A stretch of DNA of 64,000 bases, from the NCBI GenBank assembly GCA_012295275.1, contig CM022665.1:10540001-10604000 (forward strand), written 5' to 3'. A program made the position numbers and the translations under genes. The stretch is from Chrysomallon squamiferum. Its lineage: Eukaryota; Animalia; Mollusca. This document shows, one piece after another, positions 1 through 13,747 of this stretch (position 1 is its first letter; each line of letters begins with the position of its first letter). Under the pieces are notes generated by a model. It was not told where the DNA came from. It worked only from the letters and a program-made list of their open reading frames with translations, and ran no database searches.

Positions 1-830
1 GTTGGGTTCTGTGATGGTTAAAGATGCTACCCTACACCACGATGCTGTTGCTGTCAAACTAGCCATGCTGTCCTGGACATCTGTATATTTATATTTATAA
101 ATCCAACTGTGGCTGAACTGGAGACTAATCCTGGATTCATCCATGAATTCTGCTTGAACATATTGCTATTGACATGAGTGCACAGTCATATCTGGCCTTT
201 CTTTGAAGTGATAGGAGTGATGGACAAACAACCTGGCAGTGCATACTACAGACTCAGTTTGATCAAACATTAGAGTCCCAATTGCAGATTGCAGTGTAAT
301 TGGCATGTAATGATCGTGCATTGTCATAGAACCATATTGATTATATACTGGTCCTCATGTTTTGTAGTGCTATGTGGTCTTCCTGAATTGACTGATTTCA
401 AACAGAATTTGTTACTTGGTACCATTACCAAGGTCAACCAGTGATGCCTTGACTGGCACCAAGCACATTTCTTTGTGTATTACCATCATAAAGCCAAGCA
501 AGAACCTTCTCAGTCTTTAGCCGTCAGTTGACATCACACCAACATCAAAATTGGAACTCGTACCATAGATTCACGCAAGCTCCATTTACAGGGAAATTAT
601 GCATGGTGGATATGAAAGGGATGTGCAAAACGTGAAAATTATCCAGTTTGTGAAAAAGCAACTAATGCACTCTTGTCAGACATTGTGCACTGGTACTTGT
701 TTGCATGTTGTGGCAATTAAAACTAATGGACATTGTCAGTGACAGTGGACTTAAATTCACTGCTGGGCTGCTTAGACCCAGTTTTGTTACTATGAAAAAA
801 TATCAAGGGTGATGTTATGATCTAACTAGT
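1..830 (-). mobile_element. Degenerate Tc1/mariner (Tc1-like) transposon fragment in an OCRL intron
   Basis: The minus strand gives NSGRPHSTTKHEDQYI (about 342-390; GRPR motif), FMDESRISLQFS (about 110-148; first catalytic D, FTDESRF motif) and SIVV*GSIFNHHRTQ (about 2-46; SVMVWG motif), with stops. The right boundary is approximate. Confidence 0.8.
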
Positions 831-947
831 ATAACAGACATTCAGAAAACAACGCTGAAAATATCATCTGAACTTTAAATTGTTTTGATTAATATACATG
901 CATTACTAAATACATTTTGTATTATTAAATTTTTTTTTCTATCTCAG

Positions 948-1249
948 CCTATTCATATACACAAGTAGAAGAGTTCCATGTTTTTCATCTGATGACCTCA
1001 CCATAGATACTGTAATTTCAATTGATGAAAATCTTCGGTTTATGGCAGGTAACTGTATTAAAAATGTTCAAAAGTATTGTTGTATGATTGTATGATTGAA
1101 AAATGTTCATAAGTGATGCAATTTGTTTAATATAGGATTAAACAGTCACATTTCTGAACTGGTAAAACATACCAGTCTTGTTATAAATTATATCATGTGT
1201 CAAATTTCCAGTTTGATTCTGTTAATAATTATTTGCAATATTATTTCAA

Positions 1250-1310
<61 letters not shown>

Positions 1311-1870
1311 TTATAGGACCAGCAACAAGACAAGTCAGTGAAAAAAGAGGTAAAAACATTTTGCAGTGTTTTATCAGTTCCATACATCTAACTGAACTGT
1401 TACAACAACAAAACAAAAATAAAATAAAATATAATTAAATAAATAAATAAATAAATAAATTAAAAAATAATAATAATAAATAAAAAGAAGATTGAAATTA
1501 GTTGTCAGTAAATTCATATGAAGGCAGAAAGTTAAAAAGATGGGCATTTTGTGGGTCATGCCAATATGTAAGCATATTTCAACATGCACACACTATTTAA
1601 TTTATTCTGTCATTTTCATTAACATTTTTAATAACAGTTTGTTTTAATCTTCTGTTTTAATCTTCTGTGTAATTTTTATCTTATTAATTTAGAAATTTTT
1701 GTTTGTAATTAATCATAATAAATATACAGAAATTATGTTTATTGTATTCTGTTTTACACACTTAGATTTCACACTGCGTTTGGAAAGTTTGCATGAAACT
1801 ACTGTGTTAGAACTTCCAGAACAGCCATCAACACAGCAGTTTCTAGCTGATTTGAAACACATGAAAGATG
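948..1870 (+). CDS. OCRL: OCRL/INPP5B N-terminal PH-domain exons (948-1048, 1317-1349, 1766-1870)
   Basis: [33 protein letters not shown] | [11 protein letters not shown] | [31 protein letters not shown] resembles the INPP5B PH domain (LFLYTHRR...; VFQLP...FL). Canonical AG/GT borders. Confidence 0.8.
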
Positions 1871-4201
1871 GTTAGTTTGTTGTCAGCTTTCAAGCTATTT
1901 ACATTTGTAAAATATTTTGTGGGTGTTTTGGGGTTCCATATCCCTCACCATAAATTTGTGAAAACATTTAATTATTTATTCAATATTTTCTTTTTTTTTT
2001 TTTTTTTTTTTATAACATTATTTTATTTATGTATTTATTACTATTTTTTTTTTTTTTTATATATTTTTTATTTTATTTATTTTATTTTATTTTAATTTAC
2101 TTTTTATTTCCAGTTTTGTTTTGGTTGTTTTTTGAGAAGTTTTGAAAATTCTGTATTCTAGTACACTAGACATACAATACTGCATTAGCCAGCATTTAAT
2201 TAATAGATTTTTTCCCAAAATTTTGAACCGCAATGAAGTAACAGAATATAATGATTATAATATGATCCAAAATAAATATTTATGAAATATTTTAAATCAT
2301 GAATGAAGTAATAAAACATAATAGTTACACTGTGTTTTAAATTTTCTATTTACAAAGCATTTTGAATCACAGATGAAGTAACAGAGAATAATAGTTTTCT
2401 TAATTTATTGTTTACAAAAGTCAAATTAATTTGCAGTTCAAGAACAGATTGCAGGATTTGGCATACCCTCAAAATTCAATTGGCTAGACAAGTATCGACT
2501 TAAGAATGATTGCAGAAGTCCAAACAGTTGTCAGGATAATCCATTTGCAAAGGATGTTTTTAATCCTACTTCATCTTCAGGTAATAGAAATTATAGTTAT
2601 AGAATAACACATGTGCTTTATTAGTTAGTAACAAAATTCCAAACAGATTTGAAAATGGCATTATTTATTTTTTAATTGACAGCATATATATATTTTTTTT
2701 TTTTTTTACATTCTTGGTTTGATAGTTACATGAGTGGGTTTGCATTGTTTGCATTGTTTAATGTCTTATATTATTTTCATAAATTATGACAATAAAATAA
2801 GCGTATGTGGCTGTGTACGTGTGTGTCTTTTCTTTGATCTTTTTACAGGTGTTATTTAAAATAATATTAAAGTTTCTTAATATTATGTTTTCAGCTCCAG
2901 GGGTTTCAGGAACTCAGACAAAATGGTTTGATGATTATCATCAAGATGTACCAAAACCAATGGTAAAGAGTGGAAGCAGAGACTCGATTGATGATCTAGA
3001 CAAGTATATTTTTATTTAATACATATTTTTGTTGACATAGCAAAATGGTCTAAATGTATTCTGCATATACTTCCAAGTTTTATTTCAATGTATTCTCTAG
3101 AGTGCTTTTTATTATAGTGATCAACATTTAAGAAACATTTTTTTTTTTTTTTTTTTTTTTTTTTTAGTGATATAGTTTTGGAGAGATATATCTTAAAGCA
3201 TTTTATTGTGATGGACGATAATGTATAAAACATAGCAGATTAAAAGTAAGGTACAAGTAAAATAAAAAAGCAAAATGCAAATTATTGTACAAAATAACAA
3301 AGCTGACAATAATGTAGAGTTGCTTAAAAATTTATTAGAAATCAACCTAATGGATATTAATAAGTCTTGACAGTGGAGAGTTTTCCAGAAAATTTCAGAT
3401 TCTTTTACACTTTCAACTTGGCGGTACTTTTGTAATCCATGGTGATTTGGAACAATTAAACAATTAATAGTGGGAAAATGTTTGGTTAATTTTAGAATCA
3501 TTTCATTGATCCACCTTTCTCACTTTTGTCACACTATTTTTAGACTCATACTTAATTGCATCACTTGAAAATATGTCACACATTTGTACTTAGTGCTCAA
3601 AAGTAAGCACTCAAAAAATTATTACTCCAGAATATGAGAGCTATTCTGTATATACTTCCAAGTAATGTCTTATTTGTATTTTTGCTAATAATTTCTAAGC
3701 ACTAAAATTTATATGTAGTCATGACTGTAGGTAGACTAGTCTTACTTTAATTTTTTACATAAAACAATGCACATATTTTTATATAATACTGTGTATTTCG
3801 ATTATCATGGATGTGCTTGCAAGTTACATTCACATGACTGGTTCATATGTCTCATAAACATATACCTGAATCTGTTTTAGTAACATTTTATTTTTTATTT
3901 ATGTTTTTTCATTTTTATTATTTCTAAAACATTATATGGTATACCATCTACATAATAATCAGAATGAAAACAATTATGTTTTTGCATTTTTGCATAAATT
4001 ACAAAATAAATTTATTGCACAAAACACAGCCCATTCCATCAATTTCATTTTTTTTTTTTTTTTTTTTAAATATATATCAGCTAATAAGCAATATTACTTT
4101 TAGGGAATTATTTCCAACCAGATTAAAAAAAAGAAAAGAATTACATTATAAACTTGGTACATTTATGATGTTTATGTAGAATTTCATTACATACTCATAT
4201 A

Positions 4202-4240
<39 letters not shown>

Positions 4241-5567
4241 GTAACCAATAAACAATATTGCTTTTAGTGATTTGTTTATGTTGTTTAAAAAACATTGTTT
4301 ATATAAAATTACGTTACAGACAGTACACAGATGACATATGATTTTTATATATATATATATATACAATTACATTACTCACTCTGTATAGTGGTGACCAGTA
4401 AAACATTGTTTATATCAAATTACATTACAGGGATTCAATTGATGAACTGTATACAATAGAGAAAGCTCTTGGTTTAGGTCCTGGTATAGAGCTGCCAGTT
4501 GGTCAGAAACCTGTCTCAACCAGAGAAGTTTTTGTACGACGCTACATGATCAAGAGAGAAGATGAATTCACAGATATTAATTATTTAAAGTAAAAATTCT
4601 TTTTTAAATTATCAAAATTCAGATATCTTTAGAATAATCAAAGATAAAAATTGCTCAAGTAACAGAAGTAGAAATAATGAAAAAAAAAGAATGGAATCAA
4701 AAGTAAAAAGTGTTTCTTCTTTTAAAAAAAAAAGCTTTTAATATACGTGTATATAATTTCAGTGTAGCTTAACACTGACAGTTCAACCTAATACATTAGG
4801 TTTTAACTGGCTGTCCACTTTCTCCATGCAGAAAAAAGATAAAATTAGTGAGACAAAATAGAGTTTAATTAATTATACTTTTTAAAAATTTGCTTTCTTT
4901 TTAGGATCTTTTGTGGTACATGGAATGTCAATGGCCAGTCACCAAAAGAGTCTTTAGAGAAGTGGTTATGTTATGATGAAGAACCACCAGATATATATGC
5001 CATTGGGTTTGTATGAAACCTTTTTTATGTATTGTTCAAGAACTGAACTTGATAATAGTTTTTATGAACTAGAAGACACATGCACACACATAATACATAG
5101 AGAGAGGATAAAATTTGTAAAAAATAAAAAGAATTGTCATTTCTGAACAACAAATTCACATACAACATATCTTTGTCATTTACTTTATTTATCAATTGAA
5201 AAAAAAATCAGATAATAGAATTTCTTTTCAATTATAACTTTTTTTAAAACAATTTTTTTTTTTTGGTTATGCTTATTTTTAATGTTGATGTTTAGATTTC
5301 AAGAGTAAAGCTCTTTTTTTTGATATGTTTTTTCTTTCTAAAGATTTGAATGAAAAAACAATTTCAGACAGAAATTGTTATTCAAAACTAGATTTTATCA
5401 ATATTTTTTTAAATATTTAATTTTAATGCTGTTTGTATAGAGGGGTTTTTAGCTTTTTTTAATTTTTATTTATTTATTTATTTTATTTTTATTTGAATTA
5501 CAAAATTTCAGATGGAAATCTTTGTTTAAAGCTAGGTTTTACTGGTAATTACATGATGATTTTTTTT

Positions 5568-5598
<31 letters not shown>

Positions 5599-6507
5599 TT
5601 TTTTATTTTTTTTTATTTTTGTTTTTTAATATAGCTTTCAAGAGTTAGATCTTAGTAAAGAAGCTTTTATTTTCACTGATTCCCCCAAAGAAGCTGAATG
5701 GCAGAATGTTGTGAAGAAATGTATTCATTACAGAGCCAAGTACAGAAAAGTAAGATTGTTTTATTTAATTGGACTAATTTACGAATTCAAATACTGCTTC
5801 TGAGCAGATTTAATATTTAGTTAATGGTGTTTTTTTTTTAATTTTTGTTAATTATTGTGCATAAAAGGGCCAGTAATAATTGTCAGTATTATAAAAGCCT
5901 TCAGATCATACATTTGAGGGATCAGGTTAATGAATGTATAGCACTTTTAAAAACAAAACAAAATATTAGTTTTTGTATTCACTAAATCAGAAACTACTGA
6001 TCTTTCACCTCACAGTTATTGTAACTAGTGGTGATTCATGTTTTTAGACCACAAAACAAAGCTATAATTTGTATGCAATATTGGGATTCTTCTACTCAAT
6101 AATGTATTTGTAAAATAAAAAGATCAGCATTTTATTTTTTGACAGAAATTTTTTTAAATGTGTGATGATAACATTGATAATTGTGAAGTCTGTGGTTTAT
6201 ATATTTTATTTTATTTTATTTTATAGATAATGCCTGGTTTGTGATATATTTTTCTTTATAGGGAAAATCACTTTTATAATTTATTTTTATTTACATGTAA
6301 AATCAGGTTTATAAATTTTCTTTTTGAATTTACAGGTAAAGTCTGTTCGTCTGGTAGGTGTATTGCTAATTTTGTACATCCTGGAGAAACATGTAAAACA
6401 CTTACATTTCATTGATGCTGATAGTGTGGCAACGGGAATCATGGGATTGATGGTAAGCTTTTCATTTCATATTGTACATGTTGAAGGTAACAGTAAAAAA
6501 AAGTTAA

Positions 6508-6598
<91 letters not shown>

Positions 6599-9500
6599 TT
6601 GTCATTATTTGTTTGTTTTTTATCAGTTTCAAAAGCTAACTTTAAATTGGAATTTAGCAATCTACAAATTTATAGAAAAGAAATAAATACATGTAATTAC
6701 AGCATTTAAATTAAATTACTAATTAATTGGTGATATTATTGAAAGATTACAGTGGTTAAATGAAGTCTGACAGACAACGGCAAGTTGTGAATGCAGCAGA
6801 TATTTGGAATTCTTTTTGACAAAAGATGATTGCAGGCACTTTATTTTTTTAACTGATGATGTACTTGGGTTCTAAATTACCTTTCTTTAAAAAGTTGATG
6901 CATATTTATTTATATACATACTACATGCTTATGTAATAACTCATATTCATTTATGCAGGGTAACAAAGGAGGTGTAGGAATCAGGTTATCCCTGTACAAC
7001 TCCTCTATATGTTTTGTCAACTCACATCTAGCAGCCCATGTTGAAGAAGTTGAAAAAAGAAATCAGGTATTATATAAAAAAAATTTCATCTGTATTAAGA
7101 TATTGTTAATATAAAGAGTGTGACAACATCCCATCTTGGTAATTCAGACATAAATAATAGATTTACCATTCAAAATTAATAAAGTGAATTTAAGTGGAAA
7201 AGCCTTGAGTTGCAATTGATGTCTAAGAATGTATGTATATCTAGCTTGAATCAGAATAATTATTATTTAAGTTAATATCTGTTACCAGAAGACAACTAGA
7301 AGCTTTTCTTCTTTTTAAAGTTTTTCTTTTTTATCCTTGTTGTTTTGGGGACATTGAGATCACAAGTGGTTGAGAATCTTTCTCTGATTAAGAATAAGTC
7401 CAAAGATAAATGTAATAAAAACATTTTTCTTATTTTTCTAGGATTACCGAGACATTGAGTCAAAGATGAGATTCAAACAGTTTGTCCCACCATTGATTAT
7501 ATCAGAGCATGAGTAAGTCTGATTCAATTTTTTACTCATCAAAATGATTAAAAGAGTAATCTTGTAGGCCGATTTAACTGGATTATTGCCATGTCTTGAA
7601 TAAAGTATAATTACAAAAAACTGTAAGATCTATGTCTATTACAGTTTTGCAGTATTCACTGTATTGTTCAGATGTAATGTGAGAAATAAGAGGAACAGGT
7701 CACAGTGATTTAAGGTGATGCTATATAATAAGACATTACCATCAAGCAGATCTGAAATATGATGCGAATAAATGAAAGTTTAATGAGACAGTCTACGACA
7801 GACATAAGAAAACATGACATGAAATTAAATAGTACAAAATAACAACATAAAAATCTCACTTTTAATCTGTATTTTCAGTCATATTTTCTGGATGGGTGAT
7901 CTCAATTATCGCCTGACTGGACATGAGTGGTCACTTACTGATGTTAAAACTTTGATTAACAAAGGATTATACCGAAAACTCATGCAGTATGATCAAGTAA
8001 GAAATAAGAATTAGCGGGATATTTTTATTTTTTATTTTATTTGATTACTTTAAATAATCAATGGTTAAATTCCAGTTTAATTCCAGAAATATATCAATAC
8101 ACATTTTGTGTGTTTAATAACTCATGTATTATGTTATTTGGTAAAATTGGCTTATAAATACAGCAGAGGTGGATTTACTGAATTATTCTGTCATTATAAA
8201 ATTTCACAAGTGATTTTCAGAAGGAGTAAATATATAACAGTGTTGTGAAATGTTGTTACATAAACATTGGTTTCTTTATTTATTTAGCACAGGTTATAGA
8301 TTACATCCAAGTAACTTCTGATTTTAATTTTATAAATAAGAACTAATTAGTTACATAACAGTATTTGAGTTTTAATCAGTATATTACATACTTTACTAAA
8401 TTAGACTTATTTTTGTTTAGTAATTTGTGTTAACTGTCTTTACTAGTTTTATGAAGTACACTTAATAAATTATTTAACAGACTGATGTTTAGGTTTTTAC
8501 TTTTTACACCTATCTTCTTCTCCCAAAATCTAGATTTTTCTTTTTCTGATTTCTTTCTTTTTAAATTTTAAATTTTTATTTTATAAATAATTGTTTAAAA
8601 ACAACTTAATACTTCTTTTTTATTATTAATGATTACATTGTCGTCATGTAGTTTATAATGCTGCTGTGAGAAAATTTAGGTTCTCATGCTGCTACCACCA
8701 GGAAACCACATACTGCATATTATTAGATACCTCTACATTTATGGTAGTAATAAAATACATCATAAATATATGTTGTTTATATAAGTAAAATGTTAACAAT
8801 AACCAAGTACCTGGCTTGATTGCTGCTTGCTTGGATTTACCCATAACTACAGTTTACAAAATGTTAACACATTTCTCTAGATAACTGGGGTGAGTATCCT
8901 GCAGTCTGTTACGCATCACATTAATTATTTCTATTTAATTGTTAATTTTTTTTTGCTTGATTTGTTATTAATTTTGATAATAATTTATTTTTTTATTTTT
9001 TTATTTTAGCTAAATTTGCAGTTACGAAATTCATCAATAGACGTTTTCCGTGGGTACACAGAAGGGAACATAATATTCCAGCCAACATATAAATATGATC
9101 CAGGAACTGATGTATATGATACCAGGTCAGTAAATCTTGATATGTTAAATACACATTTATGTTTCTCTTTCTTAACCATTACATTTAGAATAATATCTAA
9201 AGGAAAGGAAATGTTAACCTTAGTCAAATACCATTGGAATATAACCAATGTTTGTTGAAACTTATTTAGCTTTTCTTAGTAATCCGTAGTCTGTTATTCG
9301 TTAATGTTATAAAGAGTACTTGAATTGTTAGTTACGCATCTACATTCCCAACTGATAGAATGAGCAACTGCATTACTTTGATATAAATGCATTTCGACTC
9401 AAGTATGCGTTACTGTATACGTCTAACTTGACAACCAGTGTATATTTATTATTAAACATTCAGATATTCGCTGGTAATGAATTACGTTTCATCATAGTAT

Positions 9501-11645
9501 AGTAACAATTTCTGAAATAAGTCCAAAAAATATTACAAAACAGACAGACCAAAAAAAAGCAACTGGGATAATTATTCTTTAATTAAAAGAAGAAAAAATT
9601 CTACTGTTTGTAACAAGTTGATATTTTACATGACGTTATTTGACAGTAAACGTTGAGAAGCTGTGTAAACTGAGGCAGTACGTTCTCGTTTCAGTGATAA
9701 GAGTCGGTTTCCTGCCTGGTGTGATCGTGTCCTGTGGAAAGGAAACCACATAAAGCTGCTCCGTTATGACTCACACATGATCTTAAGAGTGAGCGACCAT
9801 AAGCCAGTCAGTGCCTTGTTTGAATGTGGGGTGAGATTTCTGGAAACTTCTGCAAAATCCATGAATATTTAATTAGTTCTGAGTGATGTACTTACATTTA
9901 CTTCACTCGTTTCAGCCAAACTATAATCTTGCATATACAACCACTGCCACATAGTAATGTTAAAGTTAATGTTGATACCTCAGCCATATAGTAATGTTAT
10001 ATGTAGATAGTTCTGCCATTTTTTTCAGTCTTGTTGTAGATATTTCTGCAAAAGTGTGCTCTTACAGTGTCAAAGGAATAATTAATGCTGAAATATTTTT
10101 GTGTAAAGGGATTTATAAGTAATCTTGTTGCTTTCATTAATATTGAAAAAAGTTGTCAAGGACATTAAGGATTATAAAATTAATTCATGTCGTCCAGACA
10201 CATCATTTCGCTGCTTTGGCCAGTGAGTGAGAATTAATGTCATACTTTATTATTGTTTTTCTGTCTGAAGATGTTTTAAGTTCATGAATGTTGGGGAGAA
10301 TTAGCAAAATAAAAATAAAAGAGCACATGAATAAAGTATATTAGAAAATGATACAGATAAAAATGCTGCAAAAATGTTCTTTGTTAATAATTACAGAAAG
10401 TAAATTGATTTTTATGTTATTCAGTTATAAATTTCTAAAATCTTTTTTAAATTATATATTATTTCATGAATATTGACAGATAGCTAAATATTTGTAATAG
10501 TATTTTATTAATTTAGTTCAATTAACTATTTTTCATTGATTTTTGTAGATTACATTTAAATATATATACAAGATAGAGAGATCTAGATATAGATATATGT
10601 AATGTAAATTTAATATTAATATTTAAGTACTGTCTTACAGATAAGAGTGATAGACCAGGCAAAATCAAAGAAGGTTTATGAAGATGTAATGAAGAAACTA
10701 GACAGGATAGAAAATGAATATCTGCCTCAGGTTAAACTTGAACGGTTAGAGGTGAGAAAAATGTTTTACATAATATTGGTTTCATCATTTAGATATGAGT
10801 ACTCAAAATCAGAACAACATTTCTGTTAGCTATGCAGGCCTGGATCTTCATAAATTATAGATGATATTTGTGTTTGTGTGTGTGTGTTTTTATATTCTAG
10901 TCCCCAGTTATGGATATGAATTCTGAATGAATACAGTAAAACATGAAATTAATGCATATATAAAATAATGCACCAGACAACACTGCAAGAAATGAGTGTA
11001 TTAATTAATACAATAACTGTAATACATTTTCCTTTTGTTTCACAACTAGAGTAAGACTTGTGCTGATTAGTGTGTGATATAATTATATTATATTATAGTA
11101 TTTATTTATTTATTTATTTATTATTTTTCCATTGCATTTTAAATATATTGTTTATATAAGTGCATTTTCCCCATACTTTTTTTTTTTTATCATATTTCAG
11201 TCGATTCTCTTGAAACCTCACATTTCATTTTCCTTGTCTTATTACAAACTTGCAGAATTGTTAGTTGTTGCGGTTTTCTTTCTTTATTTTTGCATTAAGT
11301 CAGTAATACTGTTTTAGAAAATGCTAAATCTTTATCAACTTTTTTCTTCTTTTCAGTTCAAATTTAAGGATGTGAAGTTTATTGATTCTCAAACACAGTC
11401 ACTGTCAGTTGCAAACATAGGTCAGGTGAGTGGTTGTTTCAGAAAATGATTTATTTATAATTATTTATATGAAAAAAATAGTAAGTATTACTGTATATTT
11501 TGTATACATTCAAATGACTGCTGTATTGTCTTTAAAAAAAAAATAAATAAAAAAACGGAAACAAACAAATGATTCAAATAATAAAGTATAACACTGATAT
11601 GAAATACAGATCCTGGCATTTGCTTTTGTGTACTAGTACTTGTAA

Positions 11646-11676
<31 letters not shown>

Positions 11677-13607
11677 CAGGTTCCTGTAAATTTAGAGTTC
11701 ATTAATAAACTGAATGATGAAAGTTTTTGCAAACCTTGGCTCAGAGTAAACCCAAGCAAACACGTCCTCCTGCCAGGTGCTTATGTTTTTATACCTTTTT
11801 TATATATATTTTTTTTTAATATTTTAAAATGTACACTTGTAAATAGCATTGTTATTACTCTCATAGATACTTTCTGTCTTGAAATTAATTAAAAGTGAAA
11901 CAGTAATGCCATAATTTATATATTATATAATACATTTTCTCACGGATAAAATATTACTTGGATATGAATTAAAACAAAAACTGTTTGGTCAAAATGACTT
12001 AGCTGTTATTATTTTTAACTGTTCTGCAATCAGTGACTTAAAATAAATACAAGCATAAAATCATTTGATTTTAAATGTTTTATTCATTTATTTATTTTAT
12101 TTTATTAAATTATTCAGTTTTCTGATTTTTAGACAACTTTATTTATATATATATTTTTTTTTTTCCATTATTGTTATTGCTTTTACTGTTATTATTACTG
12201 TTATCATAACCATCATCATCATCATTATTATTTAAAATTATTAAATCTATTTTAAAACAATTATTTACAGCTGAATCTTGTGAAATTTTATTTGAGATTT
12301 ACGTTGATAAGAACACTGCAGCCAGTTTGAATAATGGAAAGGAGACTTTGGATGATATTCTTGTTCTTCATCTGGATGGTGGCAAAGATTTCTTTATATC
12401 CTTTACATTTTACTATGTACCAAACAGTTACACATTCACACAGTGCTTGAAGGAGGATGAAGTAATTATTCAGAGTACAACATGGGTACGATGGGGATAT
12501 TATTCATTATCTGTAGAGAAGGTGTATACATGGGTATAATTTTTAACAGTACAAAAGTTGTACATTTGTAGAAGGATGGGGATAAGTAATTAACTGTAAA
12601 AAAGGTGTACATATGTGGAATAATCATTAATAGCACAAAATGAGGTGGGAATGTTGCAAGATCACATTGTTTACAGAGTAACTTAATTTTTTTAATTTAA
12701 TTTAAAATTCCTTTATTTAAATTGATTTAAATTATCTTTGTTTTTGGTTTTTTGAATGTCCTTAACTTGTGTCACATGACTGTCAGTGGTAATTACATTC
12801 CAAGCTGTTTCGGGTCATCTATTGAGTCTCTGGTACAGATGCATGGACCAATCAGAGAAGTTCCTGTAGCTGATCTTGTAGAACTGGTACACATAAACAT
12901 TTTACTTGTTTTGTATGTTTTGTGGGGGTGGGTTGGGAGTTGTATTGTTGGTTTGTGTGTGTGCATGAATAATTTTATTATTATATTTTTTTGTTTAGGA
13001 CATATATATGTTAGGTTTCATGGACTGAGAGACTATTGTTCATTTGTGTGTGTGTTTGTGTTTTTTTTTTCTTCTTATTTGTTATTGAGTGGGGTTTGGA
13101 TGAGGGTTGATTGTAATCACACTGAAGAAAGAAAATACCATTAATAATGATACATATAAATAAGTATTCAAACAAAATATATGAGTTTTCATAACTCTTA
13201 ATACCTATCTTTTTTTTCTTTTTAACTTTCTTCACCTGGAAGCAACAACAACAAAACAATAATTTAAATTCTTGTTTTGTTTTCTTGTAGGGACATACTC
13301 CAAGTAAAAATGAAGAACAAGAAAGCTTCCTTTGTCCAAAAGAGGTTTTCCGAATGGTCAACCATCTGTATGAATATGGCAAATGTGAGGTTTGTGTCAT
13401 TTTGTCTTTATTATTTTCAGGAATATGTTTATGTTTTGGGTTTGTTATTTTTTTTTTTTTTTTTTCAAAATCTGCCTAATCATTGAGCTGTTACTCATCT
13501 CTTACCCACAGCTGGTTTATCTAGTGCTGTTCTGTGTCTGGGAAGGTACCTTTTTGCTAATAAAACAAATAACAGTTAAAAGGTCCACATCTCATACATT
13601 TTTAAAT

Positions 13608-13644
<37 letters not shown>

Positions 13645-13678
13645 GTAAATGTTTTTTTATTATTTATTTTATTTAAAT

Positions 13679-13747
<69 letters not shown>

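Noticed and set aside
2826-2894. Alternative acceptor at 2848
   Set aside because: It adds 46 nt and shifts the frame.
11180-11317. Strong-looking acceptor at 11199 with an open frame
   Set aside because: No good in-phase donor, and the protein is already continuous without it.
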